A stretch of DNA of 64,000 nt from Perna viridis (Eukaryota), in the NCBI GenBank assembly GCA_037379345.1, contig CM074523.1, positions 28,178,995 through 28,242,994 on the forward strand, in the 5' to 3' direction. Position 1 is the first letter of the stretch. Each line of letters opens with the position of its first letter. The translations under genes were made by a program, and so were the position numbers. Positions 49,961 to 62,200 of this stretch are shown here, in pieces. The notes beneath the pieces were generated by a model. It saw only the letters and a list, made by a program, of their open reading frames with translations. It searched no databases and was not told the DNA's origin.

Positions 49961-52623
49961 GGATCATAAATATACATATACATAAATTGAGATACTATGG
50001 TCTAAATCGAAGATACTACACCAAGTTTAACATAAGATAATTTTTTTGGATTTTTAAAATGTACATTTTTTGCCTGTACAGATAATTGTGTGATGAAATT
50101 TAGATTGTTGAAATGCACGTGTGGCGTGTTTTTTTTTTTCAAACATGAATAATCTAACTAAAGCAATATATTATTCCCTGTATGATTCAGTCACAGGGGC
50201 TTGCTCCCACTGTTGAATATAGCACTATTTACTGCTCAGCAGTCACTTGATAAATGATCAATCTAATGAATAAACACATGTATCACAATTAAATACTTCC
50301 AATTTATTCAACACAGTGATTTGAGCATTCCAACACCATATTTCTTCATATAGGTGGGATTAAAATATGGAAAACCCAAGTGTTTAAAAAATGAACTGTA
50401 CAGTGAACATTTTTTACTCACTTATAACGTGATGAGTGAACTAGAAAGGCTTTCTTCTCGGGAATTTATGATGTTTCTTCAAGTTTTTATTTTAGTAAGT
50501 ATTGCAAGTGTGTGTGTGTGTTTTGACTTGTATTTCTCACCTTCGTTTTTTAAATATGTTATAACTATTTCAATACCTTAACATATACATGTATCGACAT
50601 TATTCGAAAAGGTGTACTGCAAAAGCATATAGTGGACAACAGTCAAAGCTTCATTATCACGGCATTTCAATAATTTGCCTGCCATTAAAACAATGATAAT
50701 TTGTTTTCGTTTAATCATAGTCCAAAGTCTCTTATCGAACTAAGTTCTTGGTTTGTTCATTTATATACCTAACTTTTAATAAACAAAACAGAAACAGTGT
50801 CTACGCGTTCATGTACAAAAGGTTTTTTGGCGCATATCCTTTGCACAGTAACGTTTTGACTCGTAATCTTTTATAAGGCATTTTAATACAGTGGTTCCAA
50901 TGAAAACTATGTTTTATGGATAATTGCAGTAGCATACATTTTAGTCAACATCTGACTATTTTCCCGCAAAAATGTGTACACAAATTTACACTACATACCA
51001 TTAAGTATCTGTCTATGTTAGAATCTGGCAGGAGGTGAAACATGGTACACTTCTATATAATAACTCAACTTTATGATTGTGTAATTATACTATTTGTACC
51101 TTGAGAAACAAAATATTTCGCATATCAATTTTTATTAAATGAGTCATAAGTTAGTTGAAATACACTAAAAAGGAAAATTTGTGGATAACTCTGTCCAAAC
51201 AAAAACAACATATTTTCGTATGTAGATATTTCCGAATAAGTGATGACAAAAACAAATAGTGTTCTTTTCAAATACAGACGATTCTTTTAATGATATTAAA
51301 TGCAGATCGATGAGTTGATGACATGCATGTCTCTGATCTTTCCATTTTACCTGATTCTTATAGAGATTTGTACTTATAATCAATAGTGCAAATAATTTAG
51401 AGAATGATAGTGCAGTGATATTTAAATGGTCTTATATTATATATTAAGACGAGTATTAAAGAACTACAAATCAAGCAGTAGTGAATCAACATTAGATTTA
51501 TGTAAAGACCTATACATTAACTATACATTAAATGCTGAACAAGTGTTGCCGCCGAGACGAAGCGGTTTCATTTCGAAACCGGTTACCATGTCAGAGATTC
51601 AATGTTTAATCAGAATTATCTAAAATCTTTAAGATAGTTATTCGGGTCATATAGGTCACTGTGCATTCCAAGAACGGTGCGAACGGCAATGAGGTTCTGT
51701 TTGGCCTGGTCGCTTTTGGATGCTTTCACGGCTATGTTACAGGATGGTTTTTCCATGCCTACACTGCAATAATCATCTTGCGAAGTCTCGATCTGGTTAT
51801 ACCTTACCATTCAACTTTGAATCAGATTTTCCAGGGGTTTGATAATGTTGCGGTCCACAAGTTGTTTTCGGTGTAATGATGGAACGCACATGGTTCCCAT
51901 TAGATGATATTTTTAAACTGGTTTTGGTATATAATAGGCCGTATTCGTAAACTGATCATAAATGCAGCCAGAAGAATATGTACGCCGTAATAGACACGGA
52001 TCCAATCACAAAGGTAGAATCCATCCATTCTAGCATTTATTTCTATCTGCTTGGGCCCATATGTAGTCATCGACTAAAACTACCTGCTACTACCACCAAT
52101 ACAGTCTTATCCTTCATGGCGAACATCTGAGAGCGCTTTATCATGTTCTGTATCATAGGGCGCGTAATCTCACTTTATCGATATGGGTTCTATGGCATAT
52201 GATGGTACTGTCGTGACTGTTGACCTAAATTCCAAATGCTTCAATGCTTCCTTTGATTTCACTTAGAATGTAGTTAATTCCTAAAAATAGAAAAAAATGC
52301 ACGCTTTAATTGAAATCGTACCAGCTTTTGCGGTGTACTAATTTTCGCTTTTTTCGCGGTGTAATGGTTTTTGCTATTTCTGCAGTGTGCGACAAACAAT
52401 AATCATATGACATGAGCGTGGTATAAAACTCATTATTATGTTCCAGTTATCATATAATTATTTCATAATTATAGTATGATAATCATGTTATGCTTTTCAG
52501 AAACATGGTTACTATATGTTTCAGAGCCAAAATTAACAAATAAGAACAGTGGCGGATCCAGATAATCGCCTAAGGGGACCAGGGGACACACAAAATCTTT
52601 GTTAAATACGTTTTTATGCGTAA

Positions 52624-52657
52624 ACACACACACACACACACACACAAACACACACAC
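52624..52657. repeat. (CA)n microsatellite
   Basis: Seen directly. Confidence 0.95.
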
Positions 52658-53099
52658 GTTATTTTCTTCAATTTTTCAAATTTGTAAGATAAACATACAC
52701 AATGTACGGTTACCATATGATTATTACATGACATGAATCGAGCATCATGTATGTCTGATTATCATACGTTGTATGTGATTTAGACATGTGGTGCAAGTTA
52801 AATCGTCCACTAATTTGAAAGCAATTGCTATGTTAGAATAAGAACGTGTATGATACCTGATGTAGGAATATCTGGCTGCATCCAATCATGAACTATACAG
52901 ATTTATCTAGTTATTATGTGCAAATTTGTAGCAATTAACATTTTTTTTTTCAAAAGAAGGGTTGTGTTTTGACTTCTCTACTGTTGTTCTATGTATTCAG
53001 GATACCCTTTCTCTGAAAACATTTATCTATAATTCTAAATCATATAATACAGTCATCTAAAATGCATTGTGTAGAAAGACGAATAGGAAACGATAAGTG

Positions 53100-53790
53100 T
53101 AGATCGTTCCGTTTGCTTGGCAGATTTGTGCACGAATTGGTATATGCGTCCCGTCTATTGCTCCTAGCACACCAGGAAATCCTCTCTCTCCTTAATTTTT
53201 TGCACAATCCTCTGAATATCCTGGTTATGGCTAAGCCATTGTATATATTTTGGTATTTTGGTAGTAGTTTTTTGCATATGACATCAGTTAAACGTTGTAC
53301 TGTACAAAATACTGAGTACTCACAAACTCCAAAATTATCGGCAATGGCTTGAAGTGTCATCTGGCTCGAGACATATTTGATAAAAATAAGGACTTGCTTT
53401 TCTAAGCCAATGGATCTGTACTCCCAGATTCCACTCAACAAGGGCATTAAATGTTTCTTGCTTCATTCTAAAACGCTGTCTAAAATCATCATTATTGTAA
53501 GTAGGAACCACGCATTCCTCATAATTGAGTACCCTAGGACTGTGAACTCTGCTTTTGACCAATCGTATGCATGATTGTGCCAAGTTCCCTACATTTAAAG
53601 CTGTTACATACGATATAAGATCATCATCATTGTCTTCATTTAAACACACGAGAAGAGCTGATACCATTTTGGACGCCATTTTTTGTATCAAAACCATTCA
53701 TTGGTTAGAAAATGGCTAAACCTAACCTAAAACGAAACTAGTTTATAAACAAATATAAACCGGTTTTAAACCAAAACTTAAACCGGGAAC
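53100..53790 (-). mobile_element. PIF/Harbinger transposase fragment (pseudogenised)
   Basis: FRQRFRMKQETF, HTH-like LQAIADNFGVCEYSV and a frameshifted GFPGVLGAIDGTHIPI (first catalytic Asp); AAACC-rich subterminal region upstream. Confidence 0.88.
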
Positions 53791-53814
53791 TGGGTTTTGC
53801 TGTAACAAATTCGC

Positions 53815-54187
53815 CTATGGTATGCCATATAGGTCTAGGGGTGTGATATCGGGTATACCATATATATATAGGTCTAGGGGGAGTGATATGCAGTATATGA
53901 TGTGCATATGCATGACTAAGGGTCCGATACAGTCCAGCGGTGTGATATAGGGTATGCGATATAAATCTAGGGGTGCATATAGGATATGCGATATAGGTCT
54001 AGGGGTGGGATATACATTTGTACAGTATGCAATATAGGTCTAGGGGATCGCGAAATAGGTCTAGGCTTGTGATTTAGGGTATACGATATAAATCTAGGGG
54101 TGCATATAGGATATGCGATATAGGTCTAGGGGTGTGATATACAGTATGCGATATAGGTCTAGGCCTAGGGGTGTGATATAGGGTATT
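53815..54187. repeat. ~33-bp minisatellite ATAGGTCTAGGGGTGTGATATAGGGTATGCGAT
   Basis: About 11 degenerate tandem copies. Confidence 0.9.
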
Positions 54188-54214
54188 TAAATCACAGGTC
54201 AGCCACAATGATAA

Positions 54215-56480
54215 TGATTGAAAATTAGAGAATGGGGCAATTGGTCTTTAATTTTGAAACGAATGAAAGTTTTAAGTAGGTCAATGAATGCCAAGGCTAC
54301 ATCAGTTTTCAAAGACCCCGATGTAGCAAAAACATTGTCTACTATACATGACAAATATGTTGTTTTGTCTGCAAAACGTTTTATATCCAATGTTTATTAT
54401 CAGAGGTAGACGTAGAAAATAATAGCAGTGATAGGACCTACACTGCTACCACTCTCTCCAAAGAGGAGATTGTGGAAAACCATAAATCTGTGCTATCCTC
54501 TTTTGGTCTCCCTACCAAGGACAATGATTGTGATTTACTGTCTATGTGCTGGATTCCTAAACTTCACAGGAATCCATAAAAACAACGTTTCATAGCTGGA
54601 TCTGCAAAATGTACCACCAAACCTCTTTCAAAAGTTTTAACTTCTATACTCACAACTGTCAAAGAGGGTCTACAGTCCTACCACAACACTTGTTACTCCC
54701 GTAGTGGTATTAATTCAATGTGGATCCTGAAAAATTCGAAAGATCTTTTGGAGACAATCAGTTCAAGACTATTATCTGAATATAATAGCATTAAAACCTA
54801 TGATTTTTCAACACTGTATACTTCTATTCCCCATACTCAGTTAAAATCCCGACTTCAAAACATTATACATCGTTGTTTTTCCAAAAAAAAGATGGTACAC
54901 CTAGATACAAATATATAGTTCTTGGTAGAGATTCCTCATACTTTGTAAGAAATAATTCCAAATCATCTTTCAAATATACAGAGGAAGATGTTTACAAAAT
55001 GCTGGAATTTTTAATCGACAACATATTTGTCCAGTGTGGTTGACGCGTTTTTCAACAGACGGTCGGCATTCCAATGGGAACAAATTGTGCTTCCTTACTT
55101 GCTGACCTATTCCTTCACTCTTATGAGGCTGACTTTATAGCTGATCTGATCAGATAGAAAGAATATCGTTTGGCTAGATCCTTCAATCTCAGTTTCCGCT
55201 ATATAGATGACGTATTATCTTTAAACAATCCTAATTTCGGGGATTTGATACATCGCATCTACCCAAAAGAACTTGAGATAAAGGATACTACAGACACTGT
55301 GAAGTCAGCATCATATCTTGACCTACACTTAAAAATCGATGGTAAAGGAAAACTATTGCCCAAACTTTACGACAAACATGATGACTTTTCATTCAGAATT
55401 GTCAACTTTCCTTTCATCTGTGGCAACATCCCTTCAGCACCTGCGTATGGAGTGTTAATATCACAACTCATACGTTATGCCATAGCTGGCCGAAACTACA
55501 TAGACTTTTTGTATCGCGCTAGAACTCTAACAAATAGGTTCTGGAACAGGGTTATGTTGCTACATGATTGAAGTCATCACTACAGAAGTTTTATGGTCGT
55601 CATCATGAACTCGTGGATCATTATGGTGTATCCATCAGCACCATGAAAACTGATGTATTCAACGGGTCATGGTTTTCCTTTCCTCGTTTGTCTACCCCGG
55701 ACTTGACTTTTTATGAGCAACTCGGCGGGAACCCCGTGTAGGTCCGGGTGTTAAAAGAATAGGCCTGCAGCAGCGCTAAGCTTGTCGTATAAGGCGACTA
55801 AATAGTGCTCAGTAACCTAGCCGGGGGCTAGGCGCTCTGCCCACAGAGCAACTGGGATGTGTGCCCGAGGTGGTGGAATGGGGTACCCCTGGCGTGTTAC
55901 ATGCTGGGGTTGTCAGGCTATAATACAGAAAACCTGACCGCAAACCATAGTGGTGTACCGTGTTGGGAAAGATGCCACATTCCTCGCACGTTAAAGAACC
56001 ATGCTGTGATATTCGATAGGAGAAGGAACCTATTCGCTCCGCCACAGGAGGCTAAATTGCCAGACCTTACCCATCCCCCCTTTTTCCAGAGGCAATCAAA
56101 ATTTGTCGACCCTATTATCCTTGTGTCCCATCCTTTTTCTTTCATTTCATGTTCATTTTATCATCCTTTTCATGTTTATCGTCTGAATATAGCTGAAATA
56201 TTGCTGCTCGGACGTTAAACCCCAACAAACAAACAAACAAACAAGCAACTCGGCGGGTGTTTCTAGAAAAGCAGAGGACGCTTACCCTACTGGTGCACCT
56301 GGTCCATGCTCCCAGTTTTTCGTGGAGTCCGAGTTGCTCATTTACTTTTGTTACTTTGTATGTATGATTTTAGTTACTTTATGTCCTTTGTTGTGTATGT
56401 CTGTTTTCCATGTCTGGTCTTTGTCCCTGGATTACATTCTTTTGATTACCGCTATGACCTTGGTTCCCTTGATTACTCTT
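54215..56480 (+). mobile_element. Longest Penelope-like (Naiad-type) copy: 5'-truncated RT, no C-terminal endonuclease, SINE inserted in the 3' UTR
   Basis: WIPKLH, MWILKNS, TYDFSTLYTSIPH, GIPMGTNCA and RYIDD. The ORF stops soon after the RT thumb, as in PLEs with an N-terminal GIY-YIG domain. Confidence 0.9.
55730..56243 (+). mobile_element. 514-bp SINE-like retroposon with a 14-bp TSD and (AAAC)n tail
   Basis: AGCAACTCGGCGGG duplicated at 55716-55729 and 56244-56257; internal GCACGTTAAAGAACC motif; 3' GCTGAAATATTGCTG...CGTTAAAC plus AAAC repeats. Confidence 0.9.
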
Positions 56481-56690
56481 TCTAATACAATCAAAATGTA
56501 ACAAATCATTTTTAACATATTTAGGAAAATTTGCAACAGGAATGTCATAAGCGGGGACTCTTAATGCTCTTAAAGTTTGTTTGGCTACATATAAATACCT
56601 AATTTTTACTAGATATCCCCCTTTTTGATAGATCAAGATCAACTACTGAATGTGATAAATATGTCACATGGCCTCATTACATCCCAATCT

Positions 56691-56788
56691 AATTCAGATT
56701 AGATTTAAATTGCTCACCCTTTTTCTTTGTCGCATGACTTCGTGTGACATAGAGAAAAAAGGGGAGCAATTAAGATCTAATTTTAATT
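56691..56788. repeat. Imperfect ~95-bp palindrome (foldback/MITE-like)
   Basis: TTAGATTTAAATTGCTCACCCTTTTTCTTTGTCGCA pairs with TGTGACATAGAGAAAAAAGGGGAGCAATTAAGATCTAA. Confidence 0.8.
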
Positions 56789-57339
56789 ATATTGCCTTTC
56801 ATTCTTACCTTTGAAACAGACATTGTTTATGTTTCTGCTTTGAAATCATATTAATTTAACAATTCCATGATTGGGATGTTTACTTTCTAGTTTAAATACT
56901 TCATATTGTTTGCTACATGTATGTTAATTTACGTACATGTACACACTATACACACTGCTTGCATTTTAAATCAAATCAAACACACAGGATGTATATATAT
57001 ATATGTATATATAGGATTTACATGCATTTTACAGTACAATTAATGTGTATAATTATCAAAATTGTTCACAAAATACCTGTATTTTAGAAACACTATACAT
57101 AGAACACTTTCAAACCTTAAGGATCCATCTGACACAGGCGGATCCACACACTTTGAAAATAAGGGTGGCAGCATGGGTTCCTCAGAAAAAGGGGGTTGCT
57201 AGAACATTGTCATTTTTGTCAATTTACACATGAAAATTACATTTTTTCCATAAAAAGGAGGGTTGCCAACTCCCACGCCCCCAGCACCCTCACTGTAATC
57301 ATAAACATTAAAACGATACTTACGTTTTTTTGTACATCA

Positions 57340-57625
57340 CAACCACCATATATAAGGTAGTATAATCCGCAAAAAGCTTAATGACAGAATTAATTTCTGT
57401 AATAATATCATTAATGAAAATAAGAAATAACAAGGGTCCAAGTATAGATTCCTGAGGAACTCCATCTTCTACTGGTTGCCACCCTTTGGACCCTCCTTGA
57501 AAGATTTTTTTAACCAATCCAGTAGTATACCCGAAATTTCCAGATGCATAAGTTTAAAGAGGAGACCCTTGTGCCAATCCCTATCGAAGGCCTTACTGAT
57601 ATCACAGAATACTACCCTAATTTCT
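57340..57625 (-). mobile_element. CR1/L2-group LINE RT fragment
   Basis: VVFCDISKAFDR.WHKGLL, GVPQESILGPLLFLIFINDI and KLFAD. Confidence 0.88.
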
Positions 57626-59219
57626 TAGTCATTAGCAAGGTCAGATCGAGTGAAATAAATTGGAAATTCTCGCTTGAGCTTTCCTCCCTGCGAATGTTTG
57701 GGTCAATTTGACAAAATCGTCCAGCACGGTGCGTCATAATTTAAATAGTTAATATCATATTATCATTGAAATATTGCAATTCAGCACCAAATAAACGGCT
57801 TTGATATCGTTATACGCCAATGTCGTACGTGAAGTAAACAACACTTATTTGACATGAATATGATCGGCGGCGGGAGAATAACCCGCGGAGTGTTATTTTG
57901 GTAGTTTTATGTTGAAATGTCTACCATGTGTACGTAATTTGATTGCCGACAATCTTTAAGTCTAGTTCAGTCTATAAATAGACTTCCTTGACTAAAACCA
58001 TGGTACATGGAAACCACTAAAAGAATACAAGTATCACACACATATTAGTAAGAATGTCTTGTGTCAAATGTTGATCGACTTTTCTCTCTAAGAGTTGTTA
58101 TAATACACTGTATACCTATTAACCAGTCATATGAGAAAGACCTCATTTAAATGTATTTAAAGCGTTGCAAAATCAGGTGGAGGGTCATAAAAAGGGGGGG
58201 TCCAACCCAGATTTTGTTTCACTCTTCGGTACGTTGACTTACTTCAGCGTGTTTAAATACTCTCAGACCCACATAGGGTACATTTGTATCAGAGTGAGCC
58301 AGGAAATTATCAGATCTGCTTGGCTGTTACATGTAGTAGGACATATTTGTCGGAGTTCTTCGATCAGGCTTCATGAAAGCTGGCTAATCAAGATCTCCGT
58401 AAGGGGCGCTCGTTACAGACCAAAAATGCATACATGTCAAGTCTAAAAAAAAACATATGGTATTAACCTCTTGTTTTATTTTATAAGACGATTGTTACCA
58501 AGTGTCCATCATTTTGCTTTAAATAGATTAAATTCTCAATTATAAAGGGGATAAACACACTCAAATAAACATTAACAGTACCTACATGTGTATACATATA
58601 ATTACATAATTATGTAACATATGTGACATGGTTTTAATAGTCAAAGTTTGAAGTTTTTTTATTTTAATGAGGAAAAAAAATAAATGCATTCCCCACATCA
58701 TTATTAACATAGACCCCGCTTATTGAGTATTACATTTTGAATCCTATACAATATTTCAAATTTATATGTACTGCGTGAAAACTGAACGAAATTGTCTGTA
58801 AACATGTACGTGTATTTACGGACACGTAGATGTAATCGGATTGTGCGTTGTTTATATCATCCATAAAACCATAACAAGGACCATTCACGATTTTTTGTGT
58901 TCATATACCAAGTATTTTATTAATATTTTTTTAAATATTGTTTTGTATACCCCACCACGCGATGTAGCGAGGTGTTATGCGAAACAGATTTATAACTGCT
59001 TTGAAACTATGCATAGTATTTAAGTATCATGCAATACAGGGTAAGTTCAATATTTCAAGAATTTGTAGTGGAATAAGCAGGAATACAGCAGCAGGAACGG
59101 TTGGTATCGGGCCAATCATTTTTGTTCGAACCGCACGCCGTGTGTATGCTCTTTTCGCTATACCAATCGAGGTTTGAGTGCTAAGCCACGCCTTTAGAAA
59201 ATCTTAAATAGTCTATATA

Positions 59220-60605
59220 ATAACAATAAACGAAATTCAGATGATGATATTTCTATAGAAACCCTGTATGATCACTTCAAAAATCTTAATGAGAGTAATG
59301 ATGCATATACTGATCTGATCAAGGCTCAGAATCGGTCGAGGATAATGCGGAAAGTATTTCCTTCGAGGGAGATCTATAGCTGAATTCCCCTATTACCGAA
59401 GATGAAAAAAAAATGCAGTACCGAAACTAAAAAATGGAAAAGCGTTTGGATGCGACGAAATTTTGAATGAATATATTTAAAGTACTATTGAATGCCTCGT
59501 GCCAATTTATCTAAAAATATTCAATTTAATATTAGATACTGGTATTGTTCCCGAAAGTTGGTTAATGGGAATAATAATAACTATATAAGAAAAAGGGTTC
59601 CAAATCTGATCCTGATATGTATAGAGGTATAATGCTAAATTCGTGCTTCAGTAGTTTTTTTCCTGCTATACTAGGTATAATGGGTTGAATGAGTACGCAG
59701 ATCATGTCAATTTGATTACAAAATCACAAGCTGGATTTAGGAAAGGGCATTGTCAATAATATTTTTGTTCTGTGTGCACTTATCACAATTTATTTTTCAT
59801 TTGGTAAGAAACTTGTTTGTACTTTCATTGATTTTAAAAGTGCTTTCGACACCGTTTGGCGATCTGGTTTATGGCAAAAGTTACGTAAGTCAAATATCAA
59901 AGGAAAAATATTTAATGTTATCCTTAGTATGTATCAAAACACCAAATTGTTCATTAAAAGGGGTGAAGAGATTCGAACTGTTTTACGTCAGACATTGGTG
60001 TAAAACAAGGAGAAAATTTGTCTCCTTTTTTATTTTTCCTATTTCTGAATGATTTGGAAGATTTTTTCCCAGAAAACAGTGTCGGAAGTCTTAAGACCTT
60101 TTCTGATGTGTGTCAAATAATATTTGTAAAATTGTTTATAATTCTCTATGCTGATGATACGGCATTATTATCAGAGAGCGTAAATGATATGCAATTAAGT
60201 TTGACATGTTTGAAAGATATGAGCGTTGGAGATTAAGTGTGAACACGAGTAAAACAAAAGTTGTGGTTTTCAGTAAAAAGAAAACAATATAAAATCATAA
60301 ATTCAAACTTAATGGAACGGATATTGATATTGTAGAGACTTATTCATAGTTAGGTGTGTTATTTAGTTACGATGGAAGTTTTCACAAGGCAAAGAAAAGG
60401 TTGTGTGATCAAAGCCAAAAAGCCCTTTATGCTTTGTATGCAAAAATTAAAAGTTTAAGCATACCAATTGATTTACAGTTTAAAATTTTTCACTCATTAA
60501 TAAGTCCAATACTGTAATATGCATGTGAAATTTGGGGTTTCGACAAAACAGATGAAATGGAAAGAATTCATTTGCAATTTTGCAAGAAAATTTTGAGAGT
60601 TCGAC
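59220..60605 (+). mobile_element. Decayed non-LTR retrotransposon (LINE) RT
   Basis: LKNGKAFGCDEILNE, QAGFRKG, FIDFKSAFDTVWR, GV.QGENLSP, LYADDT and ACEIWGF across frameshifts. Confidence 0.9.
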
Positions 60606-60656
60606 GCCGACCAAGAGAAACAAAGTAAAGTTGACGAAACGCCACATTAAGATACT

Positions 60657-60697
60657 ATTAGTTGGTTAGTTAGTTAGTTAGTTAGTTATTAGTTAGT
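60657..60697. repeat. (TAGT)n microsatellite
   Basis: Seen directly. Confidence 0.85.
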
Positions 60698-61998
60698 TCT
60701 CCCTACAAGTAGAACAACTGGAATATTTTCACAACTTGTATATACAATTTCAGATAGAAAAAAATACTAGCTCCTTACAAGGAGTGAAATATAATCCCTG
60801 ACTAGTAAAACTGTCTTCGGACATAAAATGGGATTTATATTATGAAAAATACATAGCCCTCAATTACTGGTTCTCCAATATTTAGAAGAACAATATTTCA
60901 ATTCTTTGACTTGCATTTAAAATAAAATCGAGCATGCAAATGATTCACCCAAATAAATACGTAAAACGGGAGCGGACCCAGGTTCCAGTTGGGGCGTATA
61001 TACATAGCATCATTTAGGCTAGGCGGAGCGCAACAGTAAATTTGAGGGCGTTGGAGGCAGGGCGTTGAAATTGTGAAAAAATCGAGACTTCATGCAAAGA
61101 AAAATTTCCGATCTTAGAGCGTTATACGGATCTGCCCTCCTATAAATACGGACCCGTAAAACAAAATGTAGTGAGATGTGATATTTCGATACTACTACAT
61201 ATAGATATATTTGAAATTCTTCATGTCGCTTTTTTAGACATCTTGACGTTTTTTGTCACTTCTTTATGCTTCTTGGCACAACTTGTTGAAAATTAGTGAG
61301 ACCAGTATAACTTAGTGTTCCTACTTTGGACTTTTTGGCCATAGCCTGAAAGGGCAACTCTTATTGCATGCTGAAAATGAAAAATAGATCTGAATTTAAA
61401 TAATTATTGAAAACCATATAATAACTCTTTATCGTGAAGAAGATACGATAATACCGAATGTTGTATGTTGTATGATGTGAATTCCTGTCAGACTGAAACC
61501 AGGATCTCAGTGCTTCCAAGCTATGACTTTATTTTGCATTAAATACCGTTATAAAGACCTTGTCCTCTATTAATCTATAAAATACTCAAATGTATTAAAC
61601 ATAATCTTTTTTAGAAATATTTAGAGATATTTTCTTGGGTTTTTTTTACATATTTCATTTCTTTTTTTTTATACATTTGACAATAAGACCTTATACATGT
61701 CAATTAATGAAAGTCACATTGGACTGGCCAAAGTAAATTAAGACAAATATTATTCTTCAAAAGCTATTCAACACTTTAGGAGTAGCTAACCTAAAGAAAA
61801 TGTCACTAGACAAATATGGTGATTGCTTTGTGTCCTTTTCGTTTAAGCAGGTACACGAGATGTTCCTTGATACTTTGTGCTAAGACTACTACTCTCAACC
61901 ATTTCTATATAAATGAGTTGTATGGTAAATAAGAAGAAGATAAGAATGAAACCTGGAAAATGGAAACATGGTATAAGTCATCATGCAAAAGCAACACT

Positions 61999-62200
61999 TT
62001 GAAAGTACTCTAATTCTTGGATACCATATTTCGTGGATCAGAGAAGAAACACAAAATCGCGGATTCTTGAATTCGTGTTTTAAAGTTTTCAGTATACGAA
62101 TCAATGGGAATCTACTATTCGTTGGGAACCAAATTTCGTGGTTTGACCTACCCAGGAAAACCACGAAAATTGGTACCCCACGAACAATAGTACTTTCACA
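61999..62200. mobile_element. MITE-like element, same family as 47888-48069
   Basis: Shared end TGGTACCCCACGAACAATAGTACTTTCACAG and inverted start TGAAAGTACT. Confidence 0.7.

Noticed and set aside
53815-54187. CRISPR-like array (also 46013-46148)
   Set aside because: Head-to-tail repeats without unique spacers, in eukaryotic DNA, with no cas genes.
55041-55043. In-frame TGA in the Naiad-type RT as possible selenocysteine (some clam Naiads are selenoproteins)
   Set aside because: The copy at ~37000 has GGA (Gly) at this position, and this copy also has TAG/TAA stops and frameshifts, so it is ordinary decay.
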